From assembly GCA_964436545.1 (NCBI GenBank), contig CAYTCJ010000003.1:70041-134040 (forward strand): a stretch of DNA of 64,000 nucleotides, given 5' to 3'. A program made the translations under genes and the position numbers. Position 1 is the first letter of the stretch; each line of letters opens with the position of its first letter. Below, piece after piece: positions 8,453 to 18,033 of the stretch. Source of the stretch: an uncultured Candidatus Saccharibacteria bacterium. Lineage in GTDB: Bacteria; Patescibacteriota; Doudnabacteria; UBA920. The notes under the pieces were generated by a model, which saw only the letters and a list, made by a program, of their open reading frames with translations, searched no databases and was not told the origin of the DNA.

Positions 8453-11400
8453 ATGAAACAAAAAATAAAGATTATAAAATTACTTAGTATAGCGGGATTT
8501 GTTGTATTTGCCAGTTTTTTATTTAATTTAAATGTCCAAGCTTTACCTTATGGAGGCAGTTGTGATGATGGAGATTTGTGCACTACTGACAGTTTTAATA
8601 ACGCAGATGGCCAATGTGAAAATATTCCAAAAGATTGTTCCGATACAAATGCGTGCACTGTTAACGAAACTTGTAATTCTGCTACTGGCCAATGTGAGAG
8701 TTCGCCTTTAAAATGTCCAGATGGTGAGCCTGCTCAATGTAAAAATTATACTTGTAATCCTGCGAGTGGTTGTGTGGTAACTAATATGCCCAATGGTAGT
8801 AGTTGTAATGGCAGTGGTGTAAGCTGTTCTATTACTTCGTTTGCTTGCAATAATGGTAGTTGTTCAGGTTCTGGTGGTCCGTATGCTTGCACAGCAAGTC
8901 GGTGCAATTTGGCAGGGACTTGCATAGATACCCCAACAGGTCCCAATGGTTGTACTACAGGTCCGGCTATTAATGTAGATGACGGTGATGCTTGCACCAA
9001 AGATTCTTGTGATGAAAATAGTGGCATTCAGAATATAAACCAACCAGTAGATGGCGGGTGGAGTGATCCAATATGTGGCGAATGGAGCTCTTGTTCCGGA
9101 AATCCTGGAACCCGAAGTAGAACTTGTACAAAGCAATGTAATAATCCAGCTCCTTCTTGTGAAGGAGATTATTGCCCAGGTTCAAATTCAGAAACGCAAA
9201 CCGAAGCTTGTGGTCAATGCACAGCTAACGAGGCTTGTGGAAGTGGTTCTTGCACCGGCACTCAATATTGCACCAATGGGGTGTTAAGTAGCTGTGATTA
9301 TAGTGCCAGTAATGGAGGTAGTTGTGATAGTGGTAATGGTGTGTGTGCTAATGGGACTTGTAATCCATCACCTGTGTGTGGCAATGGGGTGACGGAAGGT
9401 AACGAAACTTGCGACCAAGGTAGTGCCAATAATGGCGCTTGCCCTAAAACTTGCGGAAGTAATTGTCAAACCAACACTTGTATAAGTGGGGGAACTGGGG
9501 GAAGTGGTGGGTCTTGTGCGAGCAACGAAACAGCTTGTGGAAGCAATTGCTGTAATGACCAAAGTCAAATTTGTAATGCCCAAACGTTAACTTGTGTAAA
9601 TAAACCGGTGGTGAATTGTTTAAGTGCCAATGATTGCGATGATAACAACCCTTGCACCAGCAATATTTGTGGTTCAGATGGTAAATGCGATAATTCCCAA
9701 GGCACTTGTTATAAATGTTCTACTACTCCCAGCACGAATGGTTTTGGACATGTGAGTTATTGCAAGCAGAATGAAACGAGCGGGCAAGGTAGTTTTCAAT
9801 CATGTAGTGACTCATGTACTGGTGGCTCCGGTTCATCCTTTGTTTGCAACAACACCTGCTTTCCCAGCACGGCTTTTGGCGCTTGTCGGCAATTAAATAC
9901 CAATGTGCAGTGTATTGAATCTAGCGGAGGACAAACCCACTATTATAGGGTGACTTATACGGGCACGGTATGCGATGGCTTTAGCGGTAATCCGGTTGAC
10001 CCCAGTTGTACCACTTCGGGTTGTGCTTGCGTGCAAACTTCTTGCACTTATTCAGCTCAGCAAAATACGCCCGGAGTCTGGAATAGCGATGTGTTTAGTG
10101 GGAGTTGTGCCGGTAGTGGAAGCGGTGGGTCGGGTGGCACGGTCTGTGGAAATTTGGTAACCGAAGCGCCTACTGAACAGTGTGATGACGGGAATGTGGC
10201 TAATGGTGATGGCTGTAGTGCCTCTTGTCAAATTGAAAATAGTATTACCATTAACTCCATTCCGGTTTCGCAAGATGTTGTTAAAGGGAATTCTGCGGTT
10301 TATGCCATTAAGTCTACTTATTCCGGTGCGAGTATTGCCAATGCTAAATTTACGGTAAGTAATTGTCCGTCAGGTTCCACTTGCACTTTTGGCAGTGGCA
10401 GTAATACCCAAACCACTGCTTTTAACAGCAGTAAATTAGCCAGTGTAATTTTAACCGTGACCTCCGGCAGTAATTCCGCAGTGGCGAATAATACTTTAAA
10501 CGTGAAAGTGGAAAATGCAGTTTGTGCCGGACAGAGTGGCTGTTTGTCTGCCAATACCAACATTAATTTTAACGTGTTAAATCCAACTGTGGTGAATGCC
10601 AGTTCTTGTTTGGGCGATGTTACTGCGCCCGATGCGGTAAATGCGGGGGCGAGTTTTAATTATTCGGTAACCACGAAAAACGTGGGCAGTAGCACTTGGC
10701 ATAATGGCAGTAATGGACCAAATGTTTATGGCATTACGGCATGGCCCAGAAATGTAGATTATGTGTTTGGTGATCAGGTTACTATTTTGCCAACAAGCAG
10801 TGTATTACCTAATAACAACATCACTTTTAACGGCTCGGTAACTGCGCCTACCAATCCACCGGCGAAAGGCTGTACCCAAGTGGGAAATAATTTATACAGT
10901 TGTCCTTTAAGCTTAAGAATGTGGCAACATAATGTAGGCTGGTTTGGACCAATTTGTAATAAAAATATTAATGTTTCAGTAGCACCTCCAACAGTAAATT
11001 TAACTATTAATGATCGGACGGAAGATACTCTTAGCCGAGGTGGAAGTGGAACTTTTAGATGGACAACGAGTGATGCCAACAACTGTGTATCGTTAGGCAG
11101 TCAGGGTACTTGGAGCACGCAAGGGGGCGGACAACCGCTGATGTCTGCCGGTGCTACTGGTTCTTTGAGCAGTGGGTCGGTATCTACCGGCAGTTTAAGC
11201 CAACCCGGGTGGTGGCAATATAGCATTAGTTGCAGTAATAATTTTGGCGTAACCAACGATAGCGTATGGGTCTTTGTGCCGGATTGCAACGAGCCTCCGA
11301 GCTTAATTAGTTCTTCGGTGACTCCGGCTACGGTAGCTCCGGGGGGCAGTTATTCCATTGGGTGTAATTATGGTGTTCAGCCTACCACCACGACCATTAA

Positions 11401-14400
11401 TCCGGTTCCCAGCAGTGGCACTTGTTCGTTTATGGGTTGGTCCGGCACTGGCGCCAACTTTGCTTGCACAGCGCCAACGACTCCCAATACTTATCCAAAT
11501 TTATGCACCATTGGCACCAACAATTTAGGCCAAGCCAATACCATAGCTCCCCATTATTATTGTAAGCGCGACAGTGGCATTAATAGCACAGTCGTTTCTG
11601 CCGGACCGCCTCCTACTGTGGTTTTACAGGCTAATAACCAAGATACCAGCTCTGGTAGTCCCTTAGCTGTGCCTAGGAAACAATCTACGAATGTAAGTTT
11701 ATCTTGGACAGTAACTAATGCCACCAGTTGCACTGCCAGTAAATCTACAAGCGCGCCGGGCACTTTTACGGGTGATAAAAATTATACAAGCGGAAGTGAG
11801 GAAAAAACCGCTTTTATAACTCCCGGTGTTCATACCTATACTTTAACTTGCACAGGAGCGGGCGGGACAGCCAGCGACACCGCGTATATTTCTGTGCCTC
11901 AGTGTAATGCTACAACTTTTGTTGGCGGGAGTGTGTCGCCCGCAACTTTAACTTTACCCAACACAAGCTACACTTTAACTTGTGATTACGGAGTAAATAC
12001 CAATCAAATTTCTCCGGTAGTGGGCAGTGGATCTTGTGCATGGAGTGGAAATTGGAATGGAACTTCAGCGGTGTTTAATTGTACAGCTGGCAATACGCCA
12101 AATACTTACACAAACTCGTGTCGGTTAGTGCCAGAACAACCGGATGATTACTATTGTGCCAGCACTAATGCCATAAATAATTTAGTCATTCAACAGGCGA
12201 CCACTCCACCGCCTACCAATTTAAGCGCTGTATTGGCGACTTGTCCTTCTCGCAATGTAAATTTAACTTGGGCAAGCGGAGGAGGTAGCGGAGCGACTTA
12301 CAATGTTTATAGAAGCACGAGTAATAATAATAATTCGGCGTCTGCGAGTTTAGTGCAAGGCAGTATTAGCGCTTTAAGTTTTACCGATACGCCCAGTGCG
12401 GGTAGTAGTTATAACTACTGGGTATCTGCCAGCATTAATGGCGTGGAATCTACCCGTGTCTTAGCTACCGGCAGTCCGGTAGCGGTTACGGCTTGTGCGG
12501 GCAATGGTGCGCCGGTGGCAGTAGCAAAAATTTCTACCTACGATGGCGGTTATCAAAAAAGTATAACGGTTACCAAAGGCGTGCCTACAAGAATTTATCT
12601 TTCGGCCGACGAGAGTGATGATCCTAATGGATGGGGTGATAACCAATATGGTATGGATAGCGGAACTGCCAAGTGCGAATGGAATTACGATTTAGATCAA
12701 TCGGCCTTTAGTGTAGATAATACAGTAAGTCGTCCTTCTAGTAGAGGGAATTGTGATAATTTTTCTGAAAATGGGAGTTATAAAACCTTTAATGATACTC
12801 CCGGCACTTATACCTACCAGGTGTTAAGACTTACCGATAAACCCGGGGCAGTGTCTAATATTGATTTTGTCCAAGTAACAGTCCAAGAATTAAAACCGAC
12901 TATAGTATTAAGTCCCACGAGTTTTGTTTTTAATGCCGTTTTAAACGGCAGTAAACCTCCGGCGCAAGATTTACGCATTACCAATACCGGGAGCGGAGCT
13001 TTAAATTGGACTTTTGAACGCACAGGGAATGACCCGTGGTGTAATTTGCTTACAGCTTCGGGAACTAATATCCCGGTAAATTCCGGTGGAACTATTTTAG
13101 CTAATGGTGGATATGTAGATGTTAAGGTTTCGGTCAATGATCCGACAGTGGAAGGCAGTTTTTCTAATTGCGGTATTCGCATTAAAGATGCCAATGCCAC
13201 CAACAGTCCTCAAGATGCCGGTGTGACTTACAATGTGTCCAGTGCTTCGTGTCCGGTTGGTACGGTTTCGCTGTCTGCATCCACTATCAACCCCGGTCAA
13301 ACTGTTACGGCTTCCGCTCCCAGTGGCTTTAGCGGTGGCAGTTTTGCATCTTCTAATCTTGCGGTTGCCACAGTAAGCGGAACCACCATTAGCGGAGTTT
13401 CTACCGGCACCTCAAATATTTCCGGCACCGGCTTTAGCCACACCGGCGGAGCCACCAACTGCGCGCTTGCCTCAGCCACTTTAACTGTGAATAATGCGCC
13501 ACCCACCACCGGCACTATTAATGTGCGTTATGCTTTAGACAATAGCAATCAAGCCGGCAGTGTGAATATTAATTATGGAATAAGCGGGCCTTCGCCCGTA
13601 GCCAGTGGGAGTTATGCGGTAAGCGTGTCGTCTTCCCATCCTAATTCGCAACCCGGCAGTTATACTCTTACTTACAATTCCGGTGGCCCAGCCAATGCTT
13701 TAATCGATCCCAATACCCCTATTACACCTTCGGTTACCCAAAGTTTAACTGCCGGCAGTAGCATTACTTACACCTTTAACTTTTTAAGCAAACCGGCCCC
13801 GGTGTGTCCGACCGGATCGTGTTGTCCGGGCGGAGATAACAGTTCTACTACTTGCGGAGGCGGGGGAGGGAGTGGTGGAGGTTATACAGGCGTGGCTTGT
13901 AAGACCATTAAAATCAACTGGACCGATGGTTCTACCAATGAAGATGGGTTCTATGTGTATGCCAACCAAACCGGCACCGCGCCGGCAACTGCTGGCGAAA
14001 AGACCGCTCAAAGGGTGGCTACGGTTACCACCACCACTAAAGCCGGCACCGGCCAAGCGTATACGTATACTTTTAGTGCTCCCAATACCAACCCTTACTA
14101 TTTCTGGGTTTCGGCATATAATAATGCGGGTGGAGCCGGAGAGTCGGCATTAATGCCCATGAGTAATAACCCCATATCTGCCAACGACTGCACCGCGAAT
14201 ATTGTTTCGTCCGATAAAGATATGATTACCGTAGCCGGAGTGAATCCGACGGCGACAGCTTGTAATGGTTCCGCCGAAGGCACGTATTTAGGCGCCACTC
14301 CAATCAAGTTTTTTGGCGGAAATCTTATTACTTTTGCCATTAATGTGTGTAATAACAATAATAGCTTTTATGATGCAAAAGATGTAATTGTCACTGATTA

Positions 14401-14749
14401 TTTAACTAACCTCAAAAAACCCGCCACCGGGTGGAATACCAAACAATGCACCGGAGGGGGCGGGAGCGGAACTTGCACCAATCTTTCTGTCACAGAAGCG
14501 GGCACTTCGCCTAATCAAACCTTAACCTTTAGTTTGCAGAATGTCTTAATTGGGGAAGTAAAGAGTATTTTAGTCACAGCGGAAATTGCACCCGCACCGT
14601 TAGGTTCCACTTCGCGGTTTAATAACCGAGCAATTATAGATTATAAAAAAGAAGATGGTTCGCGCAGTAACCGACAAGCTTCCACGCCGTGGTTGCCGTA
14701 TTTTTCCGCCACTTCCACGCCTAGCAGGATAGAAATTCCGGGAAGATAG
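8453..14749 (+). CDS. Giant (2098 aa) secreted adhesin-like protein. It has a signal peptide, a ~560-aa Cys-rich region with Myxococcus-type cysteine-rich repeats, then Ig-like/FN3/Big_2-like domains and a C-terminal DUF11-like repeat.
   Basis: N-terminus MKQKIKIIKLLSIAGFVVFASFLFNLNVQA. Motifs CGNGVTEGNETCDQG and CGNLVTEAPTEQCDDGNVANGDGCSASCQIE match the Cys-rich repeat. The segment PPPTNLSAV...TWASGGGSGATYNVYRS is FN3-like. Confidence 0.85.
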   Translation: MKQKIKIIKLLSIAGFVVFASFLFNLNVQALPYGGSCDDGDLCTTDSFNNADGQCENIPKDCSDTNACTVNETCNSATGQCESSPLKCPDGEPAQCKNYTCNPASGCVVTNMPNGSSCNGSGVSCSITSFACNNGSCSGSGGPYACTASRCNLAGTCIDTPTGPNGCTTGPAINVDDGDACTKDSCDENSGIQNINQPVDGGWSDPICGEWSSCSGNPGTRSRTCTKQCNNPAPSCEGDYCPGSNSETQTEACGQCTANEACGSGSCTGTQYCTNGVLSSCDYSASNGGSCDSGNGVCANGTCNPSPVCGNGVTEGNETCDQGSANNGACPKTCGSNCQTNTCISGGTGGSGGSCASNETACGSNCCNDQSQICNAQTLTCVNKPVVNCLSANDCDDNNPCTSNICGSDGKCDNSQGTCYKCSTTPSTNGFGHVSYCKQNETSGQGSFQSCSDSCTGGSGSSFVCNNTCFPSTAFGACRQLNTNVQCIESSGGQTHYYRVTYTGTVCDGFSGNPVDPSCTTSGCACVQTSCTYSAQQNTPGVWNSDVFSGSCAGSGSGGSGGTVCGNLVTEAPTEQCDDGNVANGDGCSASCQIENSITINSIPVSQDVVKGNSAVYAIKSTYSGASIANAKFTVSNCPSGSTCTFGSGSNTQTTAFNSSKLASVILTVTSGSNSAVANNTLNVKVENAVCAGQSGCLSANTNINFNVLNPTVVNASSCLGDVTAPDAVNAGASFNYSVTTKNVGSSTWHNGSNGPNVYGITAWPRNVDYVFGDQVTILPTSSVLPNNNITFNGSVTAPTNPPAKGCTQVGNNLYSCPLSLRMWQHNVGWFGPICNKNINVSVAPPTVNLTINDRTEDTLSRGGSGTFRWTTSDANNCVSLGSQGTWSTQGGGQPLMSAGATGSLSSGSVSTGSLSQPGWWQYSISCSNNFGVTNDSVWVFVPDCNEPPSLISSSVTPATVAPGGSYSIGCNYGVQPTTTTINPVPSSGTCSFMGWSGTGANFACTAPTTPNTYPNLCTIGTNNLGQANTIAPHYYCKRDSGINSTVVSAGPPPTVVLQANNQDTSSGSPLAVPRKQSTNVSLSWTVTNATSCTASKSTSAPGTFTGDKNYTSGSEEKTAFITPGVHTYTLTCTGAGGTASDTAYISVPQCNATTFVGGSVSPATLTLPNTSYTLTCDYGVNTNQISPVVGSGSCAWSGNWNGTSAVFNCTAGNTPNTYTNSCRLVPEQPDDYYCASTNAINNLVIQQATTPPPTNLSAVLATCPSRNVNLTWASGGGSGATYNVYRSTSNNNNSASASLVQGSISALSFTDTPSAGSSYNYWVSASINGVESTRVLATGSPVAVTACAGNGAPVAVAKISTYDGGYQKSITVTKGVPTRIYLSADESDDPNGWGDNQYGMDSGTAKCEWNYDLDQSAFSVDNTVSRPSSRGNCDNFSENGSYKTFNDTPGTYTYQVLRLTDKPGAVSNIDFVQVTVQELKPTIVLSPTSFVFNAVLNGSKPPAQDLRITNTGSGALNWTFERTGNDPWCNLLTASGTNIPVNSGGTILANGGYVDVKVSVNDPTVEGSFSNCGIRIKDANATNSPQDAGVTYNVSSASCPVGTVSLSASTINPGQTVTASAPSGFSGGSFASSNLAVATVSGTTISGVSTGTSNISGTGFSHTGGATNCALASATLTVNNAPPTTGTINVRYALDNSNQAGSVNINYGISGPSPVASGSYAVSVSSSHPNSQPGSYTLTYNSGGPANALIDPNTPITPSVTQSLTAGSSITYTFNFLSKPAPVCPTGSCCPGGDNSSTTCGGGGGSGGGYTGVACKTIKINWTDGSTNEDGFYVYANQTGTAPATAGEKTAQRVATVTTTTKAGTGQAYTYTFSAPNTNPYYFWVSAYNNAGGAGESALMPMSNNPISANDCTANIVSSDKDMITVAGVNPTATACNGSAEGTYLGATPIKFFGGNLITFAINVCNNNNSFYDAKDVIVTDYLTNLKKPATGWNTKQCTGGGGSGTCTNLSVTEAGTSPNQTLTFSLQNVLIGEVKSILVTAEIAPAPLGSTSRFNNRAIIDYKKEDGSRSNRQASTPWLPYFSATSTPSRIEIPGR

Positions 14750-14912
14750 GGAGGAGAAAAATTTCTAATTCCTAATATCTAATTCATAAAAGAAGAAATT
14801 GGTTAATCAGGAGACAAGTGGACAGGACTTGATTCGACAGATACGAAGTATGTACGGAATAAAAAACTGGGTCATACACAATAGTGGTTGAGTAAAATGA
14901 ATACCCACACTT

Positions 14913-15004
14913 TGTCATTCCGGAAGCCCGGAGGACTATCCGGAATCCAGGTTTTGTTATGAGTTATGGATCCCGGCTCTCCTAAAGCCTCGGCCGGGAT
15001 GACA
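14913..15004. repeat. Gene-less pair of hairpin elements (copies c and d) in inverted configuration, MITE-like
   Basis: Copy c spans 14913-14949 (TGTCATTCCGG...CCGGAATCC) and copy d spans 14968-15004 (GGATCCCGGC...GCCGGGATGACA). The spacer GTTATGAGTTATGGATCC matches the spacer of copies a and b. Confidence 0.65.
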
Positions 15005-15056
15005 CAATTAAGTAAGTTTGTCGTTGTTGAGTAAATATGCCCAGTCAATTACTCTT

Positions 15057-15086
15057 TAAAAAGCTGTCCTTAATGGGACAGCTTTT
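15057..15086. terminator. bidirectional hairpin terminator candidate
   Basis: AAAAAGCTGTCC-TTAAT-GGGACAGCTTTTT. It overlaps the 3' end of the 15070..15666 ORF. Confidence 0.45.
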
Positions 15087-15666
15087 TAAAGAGGTTAAAT
15101 ATTTTATACCAAAACCTTAGACAGAAAATTACTAGCGCAAAAATTAGGGTATATAGTAAAGTTTTAAAAATATTCGGGGCAGGGGGCGGGTCTAAATGTA
15201 GAGTTAAGGGGATTTTGGTGCCAATGGCTACGTTAGCATCGGTTTGGCTTAAGGCGCTGGCTGTAATGGAGAGGTTGGTGTTCATAACAACCCCCCCTAC
15301 CCTCCCTTTGGACAAAGGGGGGGGAAGAGAAGGAGATTTGGATAAAGAGAGGTGATCTTTAGAGATAGCATTTTTATCATCTTTTGAGTCAGAGGTAGTA
15401 GGGGGGGTTGATAAGCTTAAACCCACCTTAACTTTTTTTTGCGCGCCGGATTCCAAAGTAAAGCTTTTGGGTGTAATGTCTATTAAGTCTTTAAATTCAT
15501 CGGCATAGACTTCAAAGAGTAAAACATCTTGGCTGGGGTTTGTGATGCTTAAAGTTTGAAATCCCGAGGTATTTAAATTCAGGTGGTCGGGAAAAACCGC
15601 CATGCCCGAAGCTTGGGTGGTAATGGGTATAAGTAAGAGTATGAGGGTTAAAAATAGTTTAATCAT
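15070..15666 (-). CDS. hypothetical small secreted/membrane protein
   Basis: An N-terminal signal-like segment MIKLFLTLILLLIPITTQA and a C-terminal hydrophobic helix. It contains a G-rich hairpin segment (15293-15335), so gene reality is uncertain. Confidence 0.45.
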   Translation of the reverse strand: MIKLFLTLILLLIPITTQASGMAVFPDHLNLNTSGFQTLSITNPSQDVLLFEVYADEFKDLIDITPKSFTLESGAQKKVKVGLSLSTPPTTSDSKDDKNAISKDHLSLSKSPSLPPPLSKGRVGGVVMNTNLSITASALSQTDANVAIGTKIPLTLHLDPPPAPNIFKTLLYTLIFALVIFCLRFWYKIFNLFKKLSH

Positions 15667-15935
15667 AATTTTATTAGTTATAGAACCTATGGGCTTACTA
15701 AATTTTAGTGTTCAGGCCAATGTGGAGAACCCAAAATTTAGCTTTTTATTGATAAGTGCTTCTCGACTCGCCTAAAAGACTCACTCGAAGACTATTAATA
15801 TACTAAATTGGTGGACCGTAGAAGTTTTAAATTAGTTGCTCTGCTGGGCCCACCCAGCAGAATCACATTGGAATTATTTTTTAGCGGAGAGTGAATAATT
15901 ATTAGGTATGGTGCTTAATTAATGTTTATTTAAGT

Positions 15936-17747
15936 TTAATTTCCAATGTTGCTCTGCTGGGCCCAAAAAATTAATTGACCGGTTTGGTTGCCAGGGTTAG
16001 CGCCTTGAGGGATGGTTAACGAACTTTCAATTACCGCTGTTTGACTGCCGGATACGGTTTTTTTGAATTGTTTCCAAAATTTACCTTCCAGAAGTAAGTT
16101 ATCCTTAAAGATGGGTCCGGTTTTAACCTCGGCTTCAAAGACTAAGGCTTTACTGCCTTGGTTTTTTAACGTTAAAGCTTTTTTGGCAGTTTGTCCACCC
16201 TTAAGTTGTCCAAAACTTAAACTGCCCGGTTCAATGGCAAAGGCAATAGTTTGGTTCGCCGGATTAGTAGTGGAGGCGCCCGCAACCGATCCGCTTTGCA
16301 CATCGACACTTAAATCTATGCCGGCAGTGCCGGGATTGCCGAATTTTAGCAAAGTTTTGGCGCTTCGGACAAACCCAGGTTTTTCCCCATAAATTTTATA
16401 GTAGCCATCGGGTAGGGAGAAGCTTACTTTGCCTTGGGAATTGGTGTTTGTGTCCGTAGTCAGGGGTGAAATTTTTACATTAGCCTCGGGCTTGTTAGTA
16501 GTGTCTTGGGATTCTACTAATAAATCTACATTCTGCCCGGAAGTTATTTCGGTAGGGGTAGCGGTAAGCTTTAACGGTTTTATGGCAATGTCGCCATAAG
16601 CCCAGAGCACTTCATCGCCTTCTTTAAGTTGATAATCTGTGGCGGATTGGTTTAACTTCACCAAATTTACCCAGTATTGCCAACCGCTATTTCCGCTGGC
16701 TTCTTCGGCGTTAATTTTAGTTAAATAATTTCCATCTTTAATGTTATAGGTATATCCGCAAAGCGTGGTAGCGGTTTTAATAATGTCCATAGGCGTAGTG
16801 CCCGGGGTTTTGCCTTCGCAAATGGTTTCGCTTAAGCCTTCAATTCTAAAGTTGTACTGGAGTTTAACCGGCGTAATAATGTTTAGCGGGAGAGTTTTGC
16901 CTTCTAAGGCAATTATGGCCCATGCGGTATTGTCGGCACTTAAAGCATTTTCTCCCAAACCCGGATAGATAAAATAACCAAAAGTGTGCTGGTAGCTTTC
17001 TAAATAATCTTTGGGAGTTTTTCCGGACTTTTGCCAATCTGCCAAATTGGCTTTTAAAGCATTCAGCGTCCACATAACCCAAGCGGTAGAAGAGGTGTCG
17101 CTGTCCGTGCCCCATTCAGATTTTGGGTCATAGGTAAAACCGCCATCAGAATTCTGACAGGTTTTTAAAAAGTTAATGGCAGATGTAATTTTTGTATCGG
17201 TAGGGGAGATGCCCACGGCGAGTAAGGCTAAGATGGCAGAAGCCGTAGTGTTAGAATCACTGGAAGCCGACAAGGCATAACCCCAGCCACCATCGGAACT
17301 TTGTTTGGCTAAAACAAATTTTTTGGCATCTTCAATTATGCTATCGTTAAGCGGTTCGCCCGAGGCGACTAAAGCCAAAATGCCAAAAATGTCATCGTTC
17401 ACGGTTTGGGTATCGCCAATTTGGTTAGCCGTGTAAAAAGTTTTTAATTTGGCGACTAAATCTTGCGAACCGAATTTTCTGGGGTCTTGACCAACGGCAG
17501 TAATGGCTAAAATCGGTTTGGTAAAATCAATGGCATGGGTGCCGGAAACAGTTTTTAAATAATCCAAATCCAAACCGGTTTTCCCTAAAGCGGTAAGTCC
17601 CATAGTTGACCAGCCGTTATTGCTGTGGGCCAATAAATATTTTTCGGCTGAAGTTTTGTCGTAAGCTTTCGCAACTGTGAGCGGAGAAAAAAAGCTCAAG
17701 GTCAAGCTTAAGAGTAGGAGACTGGCATAAAACGATTTGCTTTTCAT
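15936..17747 (-). CDS. secreted protein with prenyltransferase/squalene-cyclase-like (alpha/alpha-toroid) repeats and C-terminal beta-rich domains
   Basis: Signal peptide MKSKSFYASLLLLSLTLSFFSPLTVAKA. Repeated motifs SSDGGWGY and QNSDGGFTY resemble terpenoid-cyclase/prenyltransferase repeats. Confidence 0.65.
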   Translation of the reverse strand: MKSKSFYASLLLLSLTLSFFSPLTVAKAYDKTSAEKYLLAHSNNGWSTMGLTALGKTGLDLDYLKTVSGTHAIDFTKPILAITAVGQDPRKFGSQDLVAKLKTFYTANQIGDTQTVNDDIFGILALVASGEPLNDSIIEDAKKFVLAKQSSDGGWGYALSASSDSNTTASAILALLAVGISPTDTKITSAINFLKTCQNSDGGFTYDPKSEWGTDSDTSSTAWVMWTLNALKANLADWQKSGKTPKDYLESYQHTFGYFIYPGLGENALSADNTAWAIIALEGKTLPLNIITPVKLQYNFRIEGLSETICEGKTPGTTPMDIIKTATTLCGYTYNIKDGNYLTKINAEEASGNSGWQYWVNLVKLNQSATDYQLKEGDEVLWAYGDIAIKPLKLTATPTEITSGQNVDLLVESQDTTNKPEANVKISPLTTDTNTNSQGKVSFSLPDGYYKIYGEKPGFVRSAKTLLKFGNPGTAGIDLSVDVQSGSVAGASTTNPANQTIAFAIEPGSLSFGQLKGGQTAKKALTLKNQGSKALVFEAEVKTGPIFKDNLLLEGKFWKQFKKTVSGSQTAVIESSLTIPQGANPGNQTGQLIFWAQQSNIGN

Positions 17748-17816
17748 ATTTTTTAAAATTAATAATTATTTTTTTGCTTTAAAATTTTAGGGGATAGGAC
17801 TCCGCCAGCTGGCGGA

Positions 17817-18033
17817 TAGGTCATATAGGTCGTATAAGTCGTATAAGTCTTATTTGTCACATATGTCCTATCTGTCGCATATGTCCCATCTGTCTTATTT
17901 GTCCCATACTTCTTTTTTTATATGTCCTATTTGTCTCATCTGTCCTATTTGTCGCATCTGTCCTATTTGTCCCATATTTCATTTTTCTTATTTGTCCTAT
18001 TTGCCACATTTGTCCCATATGTCCTATTGTCAG
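17817..18033. repeat. Array A: ~24 tandem copies of an imperfect 9-bp unit (consensus TNTGTCCYA, e.g. TATGTCCTA/TTTGTCCCA)
   Basis: Direct reading gives ggtcatata ggtcgtata agtcgtata ... tatgtccta tctgtcgca tatgtccca .... The period is strictly 9 bp. The 17854..18210 ORF is a translation artefact of the array. Confidence 0.85.
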
